Assembly (NCBI GenBank): GCA_043817315.1
Contig: JBDRGY010000016.1
Location: forward strand, 4,863 to 68,862
Reading direction: 5' to 3'
From: Patescibacteria group bacterium
GTDB taxonomy: Bacteria > Patescibacteriota > Patescibacteriia > JBDRGY01
DNA length: 64,000 nt
Positions 37,023 through 46,427 of the stretch are shown piece after piece. Each line of letters opens with the position of its first letter. Position 1 is the first letter of the stretch. The position numbers were made by a program, and so were the translations under genes. Below the pieces are notes generated by a model that had not been told where the DNA came from, searched no databases, and saw nothing but the letters and a program-made list of their open reading frames with translations.

Positions 37023-37250
37023 GCAATGCGCTCTTCTATATAGTATAAAACAGTTGCGGCATTTACCCCGCCGTATGGCGGGGCCAACTGAGCTATCCAG
37101 GAAGACAAAATTCACTTATCTAATTAGTATGAGAGACCCATCCCGCCAACGGCGGGATTGCTCTACTTCTATATGGGAACTGCCAGCCAGAGGCTGGTCC
37201 GCCTCTGGCGGAAGCTATCGCGGAGCTTTGGGCACAATAACGATATTATA
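37023..37250. repeat. Cluster of tRNA-Asn 5'-fragments (D-arm and acceptor pieces) and GC hairpins between tRNA-Asn copy 2 and rpoD
   Basis: ccaactgagctatcc (37084-37098) and gaagctatcgcggagc (37216-37231) repeat parts of tRNA-Asn copy 2. Hairpins ccccgccgtatggcgggg, cccgccaacggcggg and ccagccagaggctgg are present. Confidence 0.4.
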
Positions 37251-37255
37251 AAATC

Positions 37256-38458
37256 CTAATAATCTCTTAGTTTCTTCATCCCTTCATGTTCCTGGATTCT
37301 TTCCAGGGCCTTGGCTTCAATCTGCCTGATTCTTTCTCTGGTTACTCCGAATTCCTGACCGACCTGTTCCAGGGTATGGGCAATGCCGTCAGTCAAACCA
37401 AAACGCATTTCCAGGATTTTCTGCTCGCGGGGAGTTAATTCGGTAATAATCTCCCTGACATGATCTTTGAGAAGCTGCAGGGCAGCGGATCGCGAAGGGG
37501 TAATCGTCTTGACGTCTTCGATAAAGTCTCCCAGAGTGGAATCTTCATCGTCTTCTCCCACTGAAGTTTCCAGAGAGACAGTGTCTTGAGATATTTTAAT
37601 AATGTGGTGAATCTTGTCAACCGGCTCACCCATCTCCGCGGCAATCTCTTCGGGCAAAGGCTCCCGGCCCAGACTTTGAATCAGCTGGCGCTGAATCTGG
37701 GTAAATTTATTGATGGTCTCCACCATATGCACCGGGATTCTGATGATTCTGGATTGGTCAGCCAAAGCTCTGGTAATGGCTTGGCGAATCCACCAGGTGG
37801 CATAGGTAGAAAACTTATACCCTTTCCTGTAGTCAAACTTTTCCACGGCCCGGAACAAACCAACGTTACCTTCCTGGATCAAGTCTAGTAAAGAAAGGCT
37901 GCGGCCGGTAAACTTTTTAGCAATGGAAACCACTAGGCGCAGATTGGCTTCAATCAATTTCTTCTGAGCCGCTACATCGCCCTTTTCTTTTCTTTTGGCC
38001 AGTTTGATCTCTTCTTCAGCGGTCAACAGCGGTACCTTACCGATTTCCCTCAAATACATCTGGATAGAATCAGAAGCGATGTCGGCCAAATCAAATCGTC
38101 TTTTGTCAGAAGATTTCTTGGACTGGAGCACTTCTTCTTTTAAAGGTGCGCCCAAAAGACTGGTTTCTGTCTCTACTACCTCAATTCCCAAATCATCGAA
38201 TTTATCCAGCAAATCTTCGTATTCCTCGATGTATTCTTCCAACTCGGGCAGGGCGTAGAGTACTTCTGTTTCCGTAATAAAGTCCCGGGAGCGGCCCTTT
38301 TGGATCAGCAGGCCAATCTTATCATAAGGAAACTCGGCCTTGACCCTCCTGGTCCTGGTGGTTTTAGCGACTTTGGCGCGCGGCTTGGCCTTTTTGAACG
38401 GCTTTTTGGCAACCGCTTTAGTCTTTTTCTTGGTTGTATTAGTTTTAGCTTTAGGCAT
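37256..38458 (-). CDS. rpoD: RNA polymerase primary sigma factor (sigma-70)
   Basis: Regions 2-4 conserved ([40 protein letters not shown]). Basic N-terminal tail. Confidence 0.9.
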   Translation of the reverse strand: MPKAKTNTTKKKTKAVAKKPFKKAKPRAKVAKTTRTRRVKAEFPYDKIGLLIQKGRSRDFITETEVLYALPELEEYIEEYEDLLDKFDDLGIEVVETETSLLGAPLKEEVLQSKKSSDKRRFDLADIASDSIQMYLREIGKVPLLTAEEEIKLAKRKEKGDVAAQKKLIEANLRLVVSIAKKFTGRSLSLLDLIQEGNVGLFRAVEKFDYRKGYKFSTYATWWIRQAITRALADQSRIIRIPVHMVETINKFTQIQRQLIQSLGREPLPEEIAAEMGEPVDKIHHIIKISQDTVSLETSVGEDDEDSTLGDFIEDVKTITPSRSAALQLLKDHVREIITELTPREQKILEMRFGLTDGIAHTLEQVGQEFGVTRERIRQIEAKALERIQEHEGMKKLRDY

Positions 38459-38493
38459 ATCAAAAAATTGATCTATTTATCCCTAAAATAGAT

Positions 38494-40296
38494 TTATTCT
38501 AGCTGTACTAATTGTCTTGATAGTTGATCGAATTCCTCTAACAATTTTTTTTCTCCCTCTTTGGCCTCTGAGGAATCACTCTTTTCTAATTCCTTTAATC
38601 CCTTCTCAATCTGTATTAATTGAGAAGTAAGGTATTTTTTGTTTAAAAACCTGATAATGTTGTCAATTTCTGATTTGAACATGTCTTCATCAAAATCCGT
38701 GTACAGATCTTCTGCTAAAAGTTCCAATATGTCAATCTTTTGACTTAATTCTTCGTTCTCTGCTTTTAGTTTGGTTCTAAACTCGGCCGGATCAAATCTG
38801 TGCTTCTCAGTATAGTAAACTATTAGGCTTTTGTAAAGATTCTGCAGATCACGGTCAATTAAGAATTCTGACTTACAATTATCAATAATGTAATCCAGAT
38901 TTTCATAATATTTTAAAGCAATACCAAGCAGTTCCTCTGATTCAGTCAGGCTGCGGTCTTTCAGGGCTGATTTTTGTTTGAGGGGCGGTTTGATATCTTT
39001 AGTTTTTGTTTCAGGCTTTAACTCTCCTAGCTTGTCCCTTAATATTTTCTCTTCGACTTTCAATTTCTCGGCCAACTGCTGCAGGTAATGAGTTTGCTCT
39101 ACAGTGTCAGCAATCTTATCGATAATAGGAATCAGGATTTTAGCTGCTTCTTTTTTGTCTTCCACTTTATTTAAATTCAGCTTATCAAAAGTAGTTGTGA
39201 AATAGTAATCCATTATTGATTGATTATTGACAATGGCATCTTTCCACAGTTGAACACTCTTTTTAATACACTCATCCGGATCTTTGCCATAGGGCAAGGT
39301 GATTACCCTAACATTAAGACCTGACAGCATGGCCAGTTCTATGCCTCGTTTGGCTGCCCCCTCTCCGGCCAGATCAGCGTCAAAAGCAATGGCGATATTG
39401 GGAGAGTATCTTTTTATCAAATTTATCTGTCCTTCAGTCAGTGCAGTGCCTGAGGAAGCTACTACGTTGAGTACTCCGGCCTGATGCGAAGCTAACACAT
39501 CCATGTTGCCTTCAACCATTACTGCCAGCTTTTCAGACTTGATCGCTTGCTTGGCTCTATCCAGTCCATAAATAACAGTACTCTTGTTGTAGATTAAAGT
39601 TTGAGGTGTATTCACATACTTGGCAGCTTCTTCGTTACTTTCCAGAATGCGGCCAGTAAAGCCAATCGGGTTGCCATGTACGTCATTAATGGGGAACATC
39701 AGTCTTTTTCGGAAACGATCATACTGGCCAGTTCCTTTTTCTGATTTGATTGTAAGCCCGGACAGGAAGATATCTTCTTCTTTAAAACCTTTCTTCTTTA
39801 AAAAGTCATTGAGCCTTTCCCAGTCTTCCGGGGCAAAGCCCAGTTTAAAGCTGGTTATCGTTTCTTCGTTGACATCTCGTTCCGCTAAATACTCTCGGGC
39901 AATCTTGGCCGACTGAGCCTCTAATAAAACCTTGTGGTAATAACTGGCTGCCCATTTAGTAATATCCATTAGCTTGGTTTTTTGATTGTGCAGTTTGGGA
40001 TCACGCGGTACCAGTTTGACTCCGGCTCTTTTAGCCAGGATGCGCAAGGCTTCGGGAAATTCTACTCCTTCCATCTTCTGCACAAAACCAAAAATGTCTC
40101 CCCCCTCTCCGCAACCGAAGCAGTGATAAATCTGCTTGTCGGATGAGACCATAAAGGAGGGAGTTTTTTCCCGGTGAAAGGGACAGAGGGCCCGATGATT
40201 GGCTCCGGCTTTCTGCAATCGCAAGTATTCCTGAACAACATCAACGATGTCCAGCTTTTGTTTGATTTCGTCAACTGGTGACAAACTTGTGGCCAT
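38494..40296 (-). CDS. dnaG: DNA primase
   Basis: Zinc ribbon CPFHREKTPSF...CFGCG. TOPRIM domain (EGNMDVLASHQAG, DADLAGEGAA). Located upstream of rpoD in the classic arrangement. Confidence 0.9.
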   Translation of the reverse strand: MATSLSPVDEIKQKLDIVDVVQEYLRLQKAGANHRALCPFHREKTPSFMVSSDKQIYHCFGCGEGGDIFGFVQKMEGVEFPEALRILAKRAGVKLVPRDPKLHNQKTKLMDITKWAASYYHKVLLEAQSAKIAREYLAERDVNEETITSFKLGFAPEDWERLNDFLKKKGFKEEDIFLSGLTIKSEKGTGQYDRFRKRLMFPINDVHGNPIGFTGRILESNEEAAKYVNTPQTLIYNKSTVIYGLDRAKQAIKSEKLAVMVEGNMDVLASHQAGVLNVVASSGTALTEGQINLIKRYSPNIAIAFDADLAGEGAAKRGIELAMLSGLNVRVITLPYGKDPDECIKKSVQLWKDAIVNNQSIMDYYFTTTFDKLNLNKVEDKKEAAKILIPIIDKIADTVEQTHYLQQLAEKLKVEEKILRDKLGELKPETKTKDIKPPLKQKSALKDRSLTESEELLGIALKYYENLDYIIDNCKSEFLIDRDLQNLYKSLIVYYTEKHRFDPAEFRTKLKAENEELSQKIDILELLAEDLYTDFDEDMFKSEIDNIIRFLNKKYLTSQLIQIEKGLKELEKSDSSEAKEGEKKLLEEFDQLSRQLVQLE

Positions 40297-40337
40297 ATAT
40301 TATCTCAATAGTATCAAATATAAGATTATACTGGAAT

Positions 40338-40895
40338 TTAGGGCCTTGGCAAGTGGTAAAAGTGTGCACAGTGCCATTTTTGGTCGATTTTCATGCCCTG
40401 CTTCCGGCTCAAATAACGTGTAAAACCGCCACCTAGAAGCACTTTTTGGATTGCCGAGTTATCCCCAGCACAGTTAGCTTTAATCACTGTTGGCTTTAGA
40501 TTATTAAAGGCGTATCGGGTGAAACGCCTTACCACCTTGGTGGCAATCCCCTGACCGGCAAATTTGTTGAGAACGGCGATTCCTATAGAAAAGAATTGCT
40601 TCTGATAATTTATCCTGTTGACACTAAATCCCCCCACCAGCTTTCCCCGATACTTAATCAACCAATAAAAAGTTCTGCCCCGTTTTCTGCGCCAGAGACG
40701 AAGTGCCAATTGTTTTTTGGCCTCGTTTAAATTTTGGCAACGATTAACTCTTTGATATTTTACGGTGGTCGGAGATGAATACAATTTATAGTAGAAACTT
40801 AAATGTTTTTGCTCTAACGGGACTAAAATAACATCGCCCAACTTGATGGGCTTGATATTGTTAGAAAGATTTTGCAGAAATTTATTTTGAGTCAT
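40338..40895 (-). CDS. GNAT-family N-acetyltransferase
   Basis: Acetyl-CoA binding-like segment NKFAGQGIATKVVRRFTRYAFN. 185 aa. Confidence 0.55.
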   Translation of the reverse strand: MTQNKFLQNLSNNIKPIKLGDVILVPLEQKHLSFYYKLYSSPTTVKYQRVNRCQNLNEAKKQLALRLWRRKRGRTFYWLIKYRGKLVGGFSVNRINYQKQFFSIGIAVLNKFAGQGIATKVVRRFTRYAFNNLKPTVIKANCAGDNSAIQKVLLGGGFTRYLSRKQGMKIDQKWHCAHFYHLPRP

Positions 40896-41304
40896 GAAAA
40901 TTCTGGTATCTGCTCAGCGATCTTCTAGTCAAATATTCCAAATCCATGGTTTCGGCTTCCTTCAGGTCAACCCAGACAAATTCTTCCGCCTCATCATTGA
41001 GCTTGATGTCCTGGTTAACCGCTCGGCAGGTAAAATCAAAGCAGATAAAATGAGTATCTGGTTTATGATATTCTTGGGAATTAATTAGTTCTCCGAAGAA
41101 ATAGAATACAATATCAGCAATTTCTAAATTGGTTTCTTCTTTCATCTCTCTTCTCAAGGCTTCTTCCAGTTTTTCTCCAAATTTAACCTTACCGGAGGGC
41201 AGTAACCATTTATTGCTCCACTTATGAGATTTGACCAGCAAAAATTTTCCCTCTTCATTGAAGATTAAACCGCCAGTTGTTACTCTGGGAACTTTTTCAG
41301 TCAT
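40882..41304 (-). CDS. NUDIX hydrolase
   Basis: Nudix box GKVKFGEKLEEALRREMKEETNL. Confidence 0.8.
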   Translation of the reverse strand: MTEKVPRVTTGGLIFNEEGKFLLVKSHKWSNKWLLPSGKVKFGEKLEEALRREMKEETNLEIADIVFYFFGELINSQEYHKPDTHFICFDFTCRAVNQDIKLNDEAEEFVWVDLKEAETMDLEYLTRRSLSRYQNFHDSK

Positions 41305-41328
41305 CGTATTAACAAAATAGTAAACTGC

Positions 41329-41829
41329 TTAAAAATCAACGAAAGGATTCATAATCAACGGCAGGCTGGAAATATACAGATTGGGCTCAACACTCAGACT
41401 TTCTGTCAGTTTCACTTTATTAAACCATTTTACTTCGCTAATTTCATCTCTGTTGATTATAAACTCCTCTGTCATTTTATCTGTCTGATAGGTAAAAATC
41501 TGGGCAAAGAACTGGAATTCTTTCCTGATCCTGATTTTGGGTCCTTTAATCGGATCAATATTATCCAAACCGATTTCTTCCCTGGCCTCCTTTAAAACGT
41601 TGGTTAAATAAGTTTCACCCTCTTCTACTGTTCCTGCTGCTGCCGGGTGCCACTGGCCGGGACTATGGCTTTCGCTAAGGGACCTTCTGGATAACAAGAC
41701 CTCTCCCAGTGAATTAGTTACCCAGAGCACTGAAACCCGATAGATGTCTTTTTTGGCATCTACCTGGTCTCTCTGCTTGAAGCCGATTACTTTGTCGCTT
41801 TCGTCTACAATAATTACTTTTGGCTTCAT
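41329..41829 (-). CDS. NUDIX-fold hydrolase (or IPP-isomerase-like)
   Basis: GTVEEGETYLTNVLKEAREEIGL Nudix-like box. 166 aa. Confidence 0.6.
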   Translation of the reverse strand: MKPKVIIVDESDKVIGFKQRDQVDAKKDIYRVSVLWVTNSLGEVLLSRRSLSESHSPGQWHPAAAGTVEEGETYLTNVLKEAREEIGLDNIDPIKGPKIRIRKEFQFFAQIFTYQTDKMTEEFIINRDEISEVKWFNKVKLTESLSVEPNLYISSLPLIMNPFVDF

Positions 41830-41852
41830 GCTTTCTTTATAATTGTTTAACT

Positions 41853-42080
41853 TTATCCAACATATTTAAAATGAGTTCTTTTTTTGCCTTGATAAACCAC
41901 GTCATTCAGAAAATCATCTTTTGGTCTTACCCACAAAGCATTTTGGCCAAATTCTTCAGAATCATACAGGGCCCGGTAAACCACTAACTCTTCTTTGGTT
42001 TCTGAATGGCGCGCCGTGCCAATTACTTCATAGAATTGACCTTTATAATGCTGATATTTTCCTGGCTTAACTTCTACCAT
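41853..42080 (-). CDS. DUF1653-family small protein
   Basis: KYQHYKGQFYEVIGTARHSETKEELVVYRALY pattern typical of DUF1653. Confidence 0.55.
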   Translation of the reverse strand: MVEVKPGKYQHYKGQFYEVIGTARHSETKEELVVYRALYDSEEFGQNALWVRPKDDFLNDVVYQGKKRTHFKYVG

Positions 42081-42188
42081 ATTGATTACAGATTAACACA
42101 AATTATCTCGTGATTAAAGCAAGGGGTTAAATAAAAAAGCGGGTTTTGGCGTCTTGCCTCACCGTTTGGTTCCTTATATGTCAAGAGT

Positions 42189-42788
42189 TTATTTGCCCGT
42201 TATCATAAAAAAAGAATCTTTTAACCAGCCAATAGTCCAACCTTCCAATTTTTCTTCTGACAAATTGGCCACGTTTTTTATCGTGACATAATCCAAACGA
42301 CTAAACCAATCTTTTCTCGGTTGATGCAGTCCGGTCAGATATTCTTCAAACGAACTCCTCGAACGTGTTTTGTCGCTAGCTTTTCTGGAACGTAGTAATT
42401 CATCATTTCCATCAAGATAAAGTATAGTGGTCGATCGGTATTTTCTCAATTCGGTCAGCTCCTTTGCTAAACTTTTTTCCATATCCCAGTTCTGGCCAAT
42501 CAATTTTGGCCAACAGAAAGTATGAAATTCTGTTTCTTCGGGAGATAAATCCATAATTACCACTCCCGACGGAAGGTTTTGATATCTTTTAATTGATTCT
42601 TTAATAAATATTTTTTGGTTGGCAATAAAATCTTGTTCAATGCGCTTATCTAAATTGAGGGCTTTGGCTATGGCCGGTTTCGGATCCTCAAAACTAAAAT
42701 AAATATCCGGCAGGCGTTTCTGTAGTCTTTTGGCCAAAGTAGTTTTGCCCACGGCCGGTCCGCCTTCCAAAGATATTATTTGGCGCAT
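42189..42788 (-). CDS. P-loop NTPase, predicted nucleoside/nucleotide kinase
   Basis: Walker A EGGPAVGKTTLAKRL. 199 aa. Confidence 0.55.
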   Translation of the reverse strand: MRQIISLEGGPAVGKTTLAKRLQKRLPDIYFSFEDPKPAIAKALNLDKRIEQDFIANQKIFIKESIKRYQNLPSGVVIMDLSPEETEFHTFCWPKLIGQNWDMEKSLAKELTELRKYRSTTILYLDGNDELLRSRKASDKTRSRSSFEEYLTGLHQPRKDWFSRLDYVTIKNVANLSEEKLEGWTIGWLKDSFFMITGK

Positions 42789-43261
42789 TATTTTCCGGTT
42801 ATTAAATGATAAGAATCCTTCAACCAGGTTATCAATTCTTTATCAATTTCTTTCTTGGAATAAATATCCAGACTGGACATATATTTACTGCCGGAAACCT
42901 GGGCCGCTTTATCTATCCTCTTGCTACCAATTCTTTTATCATGGGCAAAGTGAATCCTGATCCGGTCCTTCCGGGCGTAAACACACATAAAAGTGTAATG
43001 GCTAACCAGATGGATACAACACGGTAGAGATTCAATCTTGATGGGGCCAACCTTTTTCTTTATTTTTGCCAACAAATGATCATAAAGCGGCCTGGCAATA
43101 TCGGTCTTACCAACAAAATGTTCTTGTACCGGAAAAATCACACAAGAATGCATTTGATTTTTATTAGTGAATTCTCTCTTACATTTTGGACACTGCCATT
43201 TTTTAGTCATATATTTATGCTTTACTTCTTCTCTGGACAATAATCGCCACCACCAAAGCAA
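42788..43261 (-). CDS. Hypothetical protein with N-terminal zinc-ribbon-like CxxC...HxC
   Basis: WQCPKCKREFTNKNQMHSC. Probable true start at internal MTKKW. Shares a C-terminal WLKDS..ITGK tail with the preceding gene. Confidence 0.4.
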   Translation of the reverse strand: MLWWWRLLSREEVKHKYMTKKWQCPKCKREFTNKNQMHSCVIFPVQEHFVGKTDIARPLYDHLLAKIKKKVGPIKIESLPCCIHLVSHYTFMCVYARKDRIRIHFAHDKRIGSKRIDKAAQVSGSKYMSSLDIYSKKEIDKELITWLKDSYHLITGK

Positions 43262-43365
43262 TGACCGCCGGGATTAAACTCCACCAGAATTCCGGATAAT
43301 TTCCTTGCCATAAATTATATGCCATTAACAGGATGAAGGCGGCAATTATAATCCACCAAATCATT

Positions 43366-44010
43366 TTAAATTTTTTGGGCATTGGTACTCCAATTAATGT
43401 TTAAGCTTCCATGCTCGATTTGATGCATGATAATGTCAGCCACAGTTTTTAAGATTAGAAAAACTATTAAACTAGAATTCCCGTTACTCAAAAACACGCC
43501 GAACAAGATAATGAAGTGCATAGGAATAATCCGGGCGTAAGGCCAAAACATAATTTTCCCAATATTAGGTCTTTTGGCAAGATCCTGTTGGAGATTGTGC
43601 CGGAAAGAAAACAGATGGTTGAAGAAAAAAGCGGCAATACTTATAAGAATCGGCCAAATTACTACCGAATTTAAGGGTGTTCTAACTAATAAAAAGATAA
43701 AATATGTAAGATGAAAGATGCCATAGTGGACCAGGAAGAAAAACCCGGCAAAGTTTTTGACCAGGCCGGTGGCTTTAACTGGTTGCTTGTTGATTTTAAA
43801 ATCTTGGGTGGAAAAACTTTCCAGTTTAAGGATGCGGACAAAATTGAACCAGCCGATAATAACACTTTGGGCCCAATAAACCCAAACTACTATGGTAAAA
43901 TCCCAACCCTGAGCCGCAGCTAAAATAATTGTTACTAAATTCGCTAGAATTAACCAAATCAGTGATTGGTCAAAATAAAGCAGTTTTTTTGATGTCGTTT
44001 GGCTATCCAT
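43366..44010 (-). CDS. Hypothetical polytopic membrane protein
   Basis: 214 aa, 6 TM helices. Confidence 0.4.
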   Translation of the reverse strand: MDSQTTSKKLLYFDQSLIWLILANLVTIILAAAQGWDFTIVVWVYWAQSVIIGWFNFVRILKLESFSTQDFKINKQPVKATGLVKNFAGFFFLVHYGIFHLTYFIFLLVRTPLNSVVIWPILISIAAFFFNHLFSFRHNLQQDLAKRPNIGKIMFWPYARIIPMHFIILFGVFLSNGNSSLIVFLILKTVADIIMHQIEHGSLNINWSTNAQKI

Positions 44011-44011
44011 C

Positions 44012-45487
44012 CTATTTTTTATAGATTAATCTTCCTTCTACTTTTTTGGCAATATTCTGATGATTGCGCAAATATTCCTCCAAGACACCCTGGGCCGAAG
44101 TGGAGACCACTTTGCCTTGTTTGGAGGCCAGCAATTCATCCTGGGCAATATTTAAGTACGCACCACAGCTGGAAAAATGATAACCTTGCAGGCAAATCTT
44201 ATATCGTTTATTGTCATCAACCGGCTCTCCATTATATTTAAGCGATTCCAGCTTTTTAGTTGTATCATTATAAATTGCCTCCACTCCCCGGTTGATTTGG
44301 TAACATTCTCCTTCACCGTCCCGGTTGGCAAGACGCATAATGTAGGCAAAGATCTTCTTCAGTTGTTGGCCAGTTATGGTAAATCTTTGCAAAGAGTCGT
44401 CATAGGGGAAACAAGCCATCAGATCACCTAAGGTTACCATCGGCCCCAATTCTTTAACTCGAATTGATCCGGCCCCTACCAGCATGACGTCGCACTCGGC
44501 CACTTCAGCAAAAGCATCAGCGATTAAATTACCCAGTGATGTTTCAATCTCCCGCTCCGGATGAGTCACCTTCTCGGCCAATTTACATATCATGGTGTTG
44601 TATTTACGATCCACTTCTTTTTTGAAAGAAGCGATATAATCGGTCAGCGCTTTATCCGGCTGGGCCAATTTGTCATTAATGGGAATTAGCTGCCATTTAT
44701 GTTCCACGATGCTGTTGGTATCATCATCCACCACAATATCAAAGCGTCCAATCTGGTTGGTCCCCACTCCGGCTTGAGCGATCAAGATATCGTTAACCTT
44801 TTTGGGCTGATCTAACATAGTATGAGAATGTCCACCGATAATCATGTCCACTCCCCACTCCGGCTTGAGCATTTTGGCCAACTCAATGTCCGATTCAAAA
44901 CCGATGTGCGACAAGATTATGGTCAAATCAATATCGTCATTCTTGTAGGCATCAGTGATCTTGCCGACTTCAGCGCTGGCTTCTTCCAAGCTGACAAAAC
45001 TGCCCACTAATTTATCTTGTTTTAGGGAGTCCATCACCTTCTCTGTGATAATACCGGTAAACATAATATCAAAACCGGCTTTTTTAATTATTAAATAAGG
45101 CCGCATCAGGCGCTTGTTGTATTTCTTGATATACAAATTAGCATTGACGATAGGAAAATTAGCCATCTTTTCCAGAAACAATAAATGGGGCAAGCCATAA
45201 TCGAATTCGTGATTACCCAGAGAGACTACATCCGGCGCCAGGTAATTCATAATCTCCATGGTGGAAATTCCTTTGTATTCCGAATCAATCAGAGAGCCCT
45301 GAACCATGTCACCAGAGATGAGATAAATTACATTCTCTTCTTCTTTCCTCACTTTATTAATGTAACCGGACAACAAAGCCAGCCCGCCGATCAGTTCGCC
45401 TTTGGCTCCCTCCACCTCAGCCAGAAAATCGCCGTGCATGTCATTAGAATGGAGGATGGTGAATTTTTTGGTATTACCTTTTTTCAT
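44012..45487 (-). CDS. Bifunctional metallophosphatase/5'-nucleotidase (UshA-like)
   Basis: Calcineurin-like motifs HSNDMHGD, GNHEFD, GGHSH. C-terminal 5'-nucleotidase domain. Confidence 0.8.
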   Translation of the reverse strand: MKKGNTKKFTILHSNDMHGDFLAEVEGAKGELIGGLALLSGYINKVRKEEENVIYLISGDMVQGSLIDSEYKGISTMEIMNYLAPDVVSLGNHEFDYGLPHLLFLEKMANFPIVNANLYIKKYNKRLMRPYLIIKKAGFDIMFTGIITEKVMDSLKQDKLVGSFVSLEEASAEVGKITDAYKNDDIDLTIILSHIGFESDIELAKMLKPEWGVDMIIGGHSHTMLDQPKKVNDILIAQAGVGTNQIGRFDIVVDDDTNSIVEHKWQLIPINDKLAQPDKALTDYIASFKKEVDRKYNTMICKLAEKVTHPEREIETSLGNLIADAFAEVAECDVMLVGAGSIRVKELGPMVTLGDLMACFPYDDSLQRFTITGQQLKKIFAYIMRLANRDGEGECYQINRGVEAIYNDTTKKLESLKYNGEPVDDNKRYKICLQGYHFSSCGAYLNIAQDELLASKQGKVVSTSAQGVLEEYLRNHQNIAKKVEGRLIYKK

Positions 45488-45499
45488 ATTTTAATTGTC

Positions 45500-45952
45500 T
45501 TAAAAATCTGAATAGCCCAACAAACTAAATTCTTTACTTTCTGCGTTATAAGACATCGAAAAGATGTACTTTTTCTCAATCACAAACTGGTCTGGATTAT
45601 CAGCCGAGATTCTCAACTGTTTGTCAGCTGGTGCGGAAATCGTTTCAGCTACCAAGATGGCGTCTTCCGGACAAGGCATACACACTGCCTGTACTGGACA
45701 AGGCGGACAGTAAGTGGTGTCAACCACCAAGCCGTCGGTGTTATACTGGCCACTCTGCAATTTACCGTCTTGGTTGTCCGTTATTAAAAAATCGGGCAGG
45801 TAATATAAGTGATCTCCGGCTTCCGGATAAGTCTTATTGGTTGCCACATTGGTGTTTTCGTTGCCGCTGTTATCAACGACCAAAAAATAGGCAATGACAC
45901 CTACTGCCAAAATGATAATCACCCCGATGATGATTTGAATCGGTTTAGTCAT
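45500..45952 (-). CDS. Membrane-anchored secreted protein with CPPCP...CMPCP Cys motif
   Basis: N-terminal TM helix. [17 protein letters not shown]. Overlaps the msrB stop by 8 nt. Confidence 0.45.
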   Translation of the reverse strand: MTKPIQIIIGVIIILAVGVIAYFLVVDNSGNENTNVATNKTYPEAGDHLYYLPDFLITDNQDGKLQSGQYNTDGLVVDTTYCPPCPVQAVCMPCPEDAILVAETISAPADKQLRISADNPDQFVIEKKYIFSMSYNAESKEFSLLGYSDF

Positions 45953-46325
45953 TTTTTTCTTTATTAAAATCTAAAGCCAAAGAATTAATACAATACCTCT
46001 GGTCAGTCGGCTGAGGTCCATCATCAAAGACATGACCTAAATGGGAACCGCACTTTTTACAAACCACTTCAACTCTATTCATTCCATCAGTGCTATCGTC
46101 TTTTAATTCCACGCTTTGATCAACCGCCTGCCAAAAACTGGGCCAACCGGAACCGGAATCAAACTTGGTATCCGATTTAAACAACTGATTGCCGCAAGCG
46201 GCACAAACATACATACCCTTGGCCTTATTATTCAGCAGCTCGCCAGAAAAAGCCGGTTCAGTGCCCCTCTCTCGCAAAACCTGGTATTGCTCGGGGGTTA
46301 ATTTTCCCTTAAAGTCATCATTCAT
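45945..46325 (-). CDS. msrB: Peptide methionine sulfoxide reductase MsrB
   Basis: Zn-binding CxxC pairs ([21 protein letters not shown]) and SelR fold. Confidence 0.9.
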   Translation of the reverse strand: MNDDFKGKLTPEQYQVLRERGTEPAFSGELLNNKAKGMYVCAACGNQLFKSDTKFDSGSGWPSFWQAVDQSVELKDDSTDGMNRVEVVCKKCGSHLGHVFDDGPQPTDQRYCINSLALDFNKEKND

Positions 46326-46427
46326 ATTACTACTATTAATTTACCAAATTCTTAAGGTTTTTACCATTGATTTGCTAAAATTCTAATTCTGCTATAATAC
46401 AAGATGTTAACAATTAACTGAAAAAGT

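Noticed and set aside
36657-37251. Five overlapping 62-79 aa ORFs
   Set aside because: Cover the tRNA-Asn gene, pseudo-tRNA, terminators and hairpins. No coding signal.
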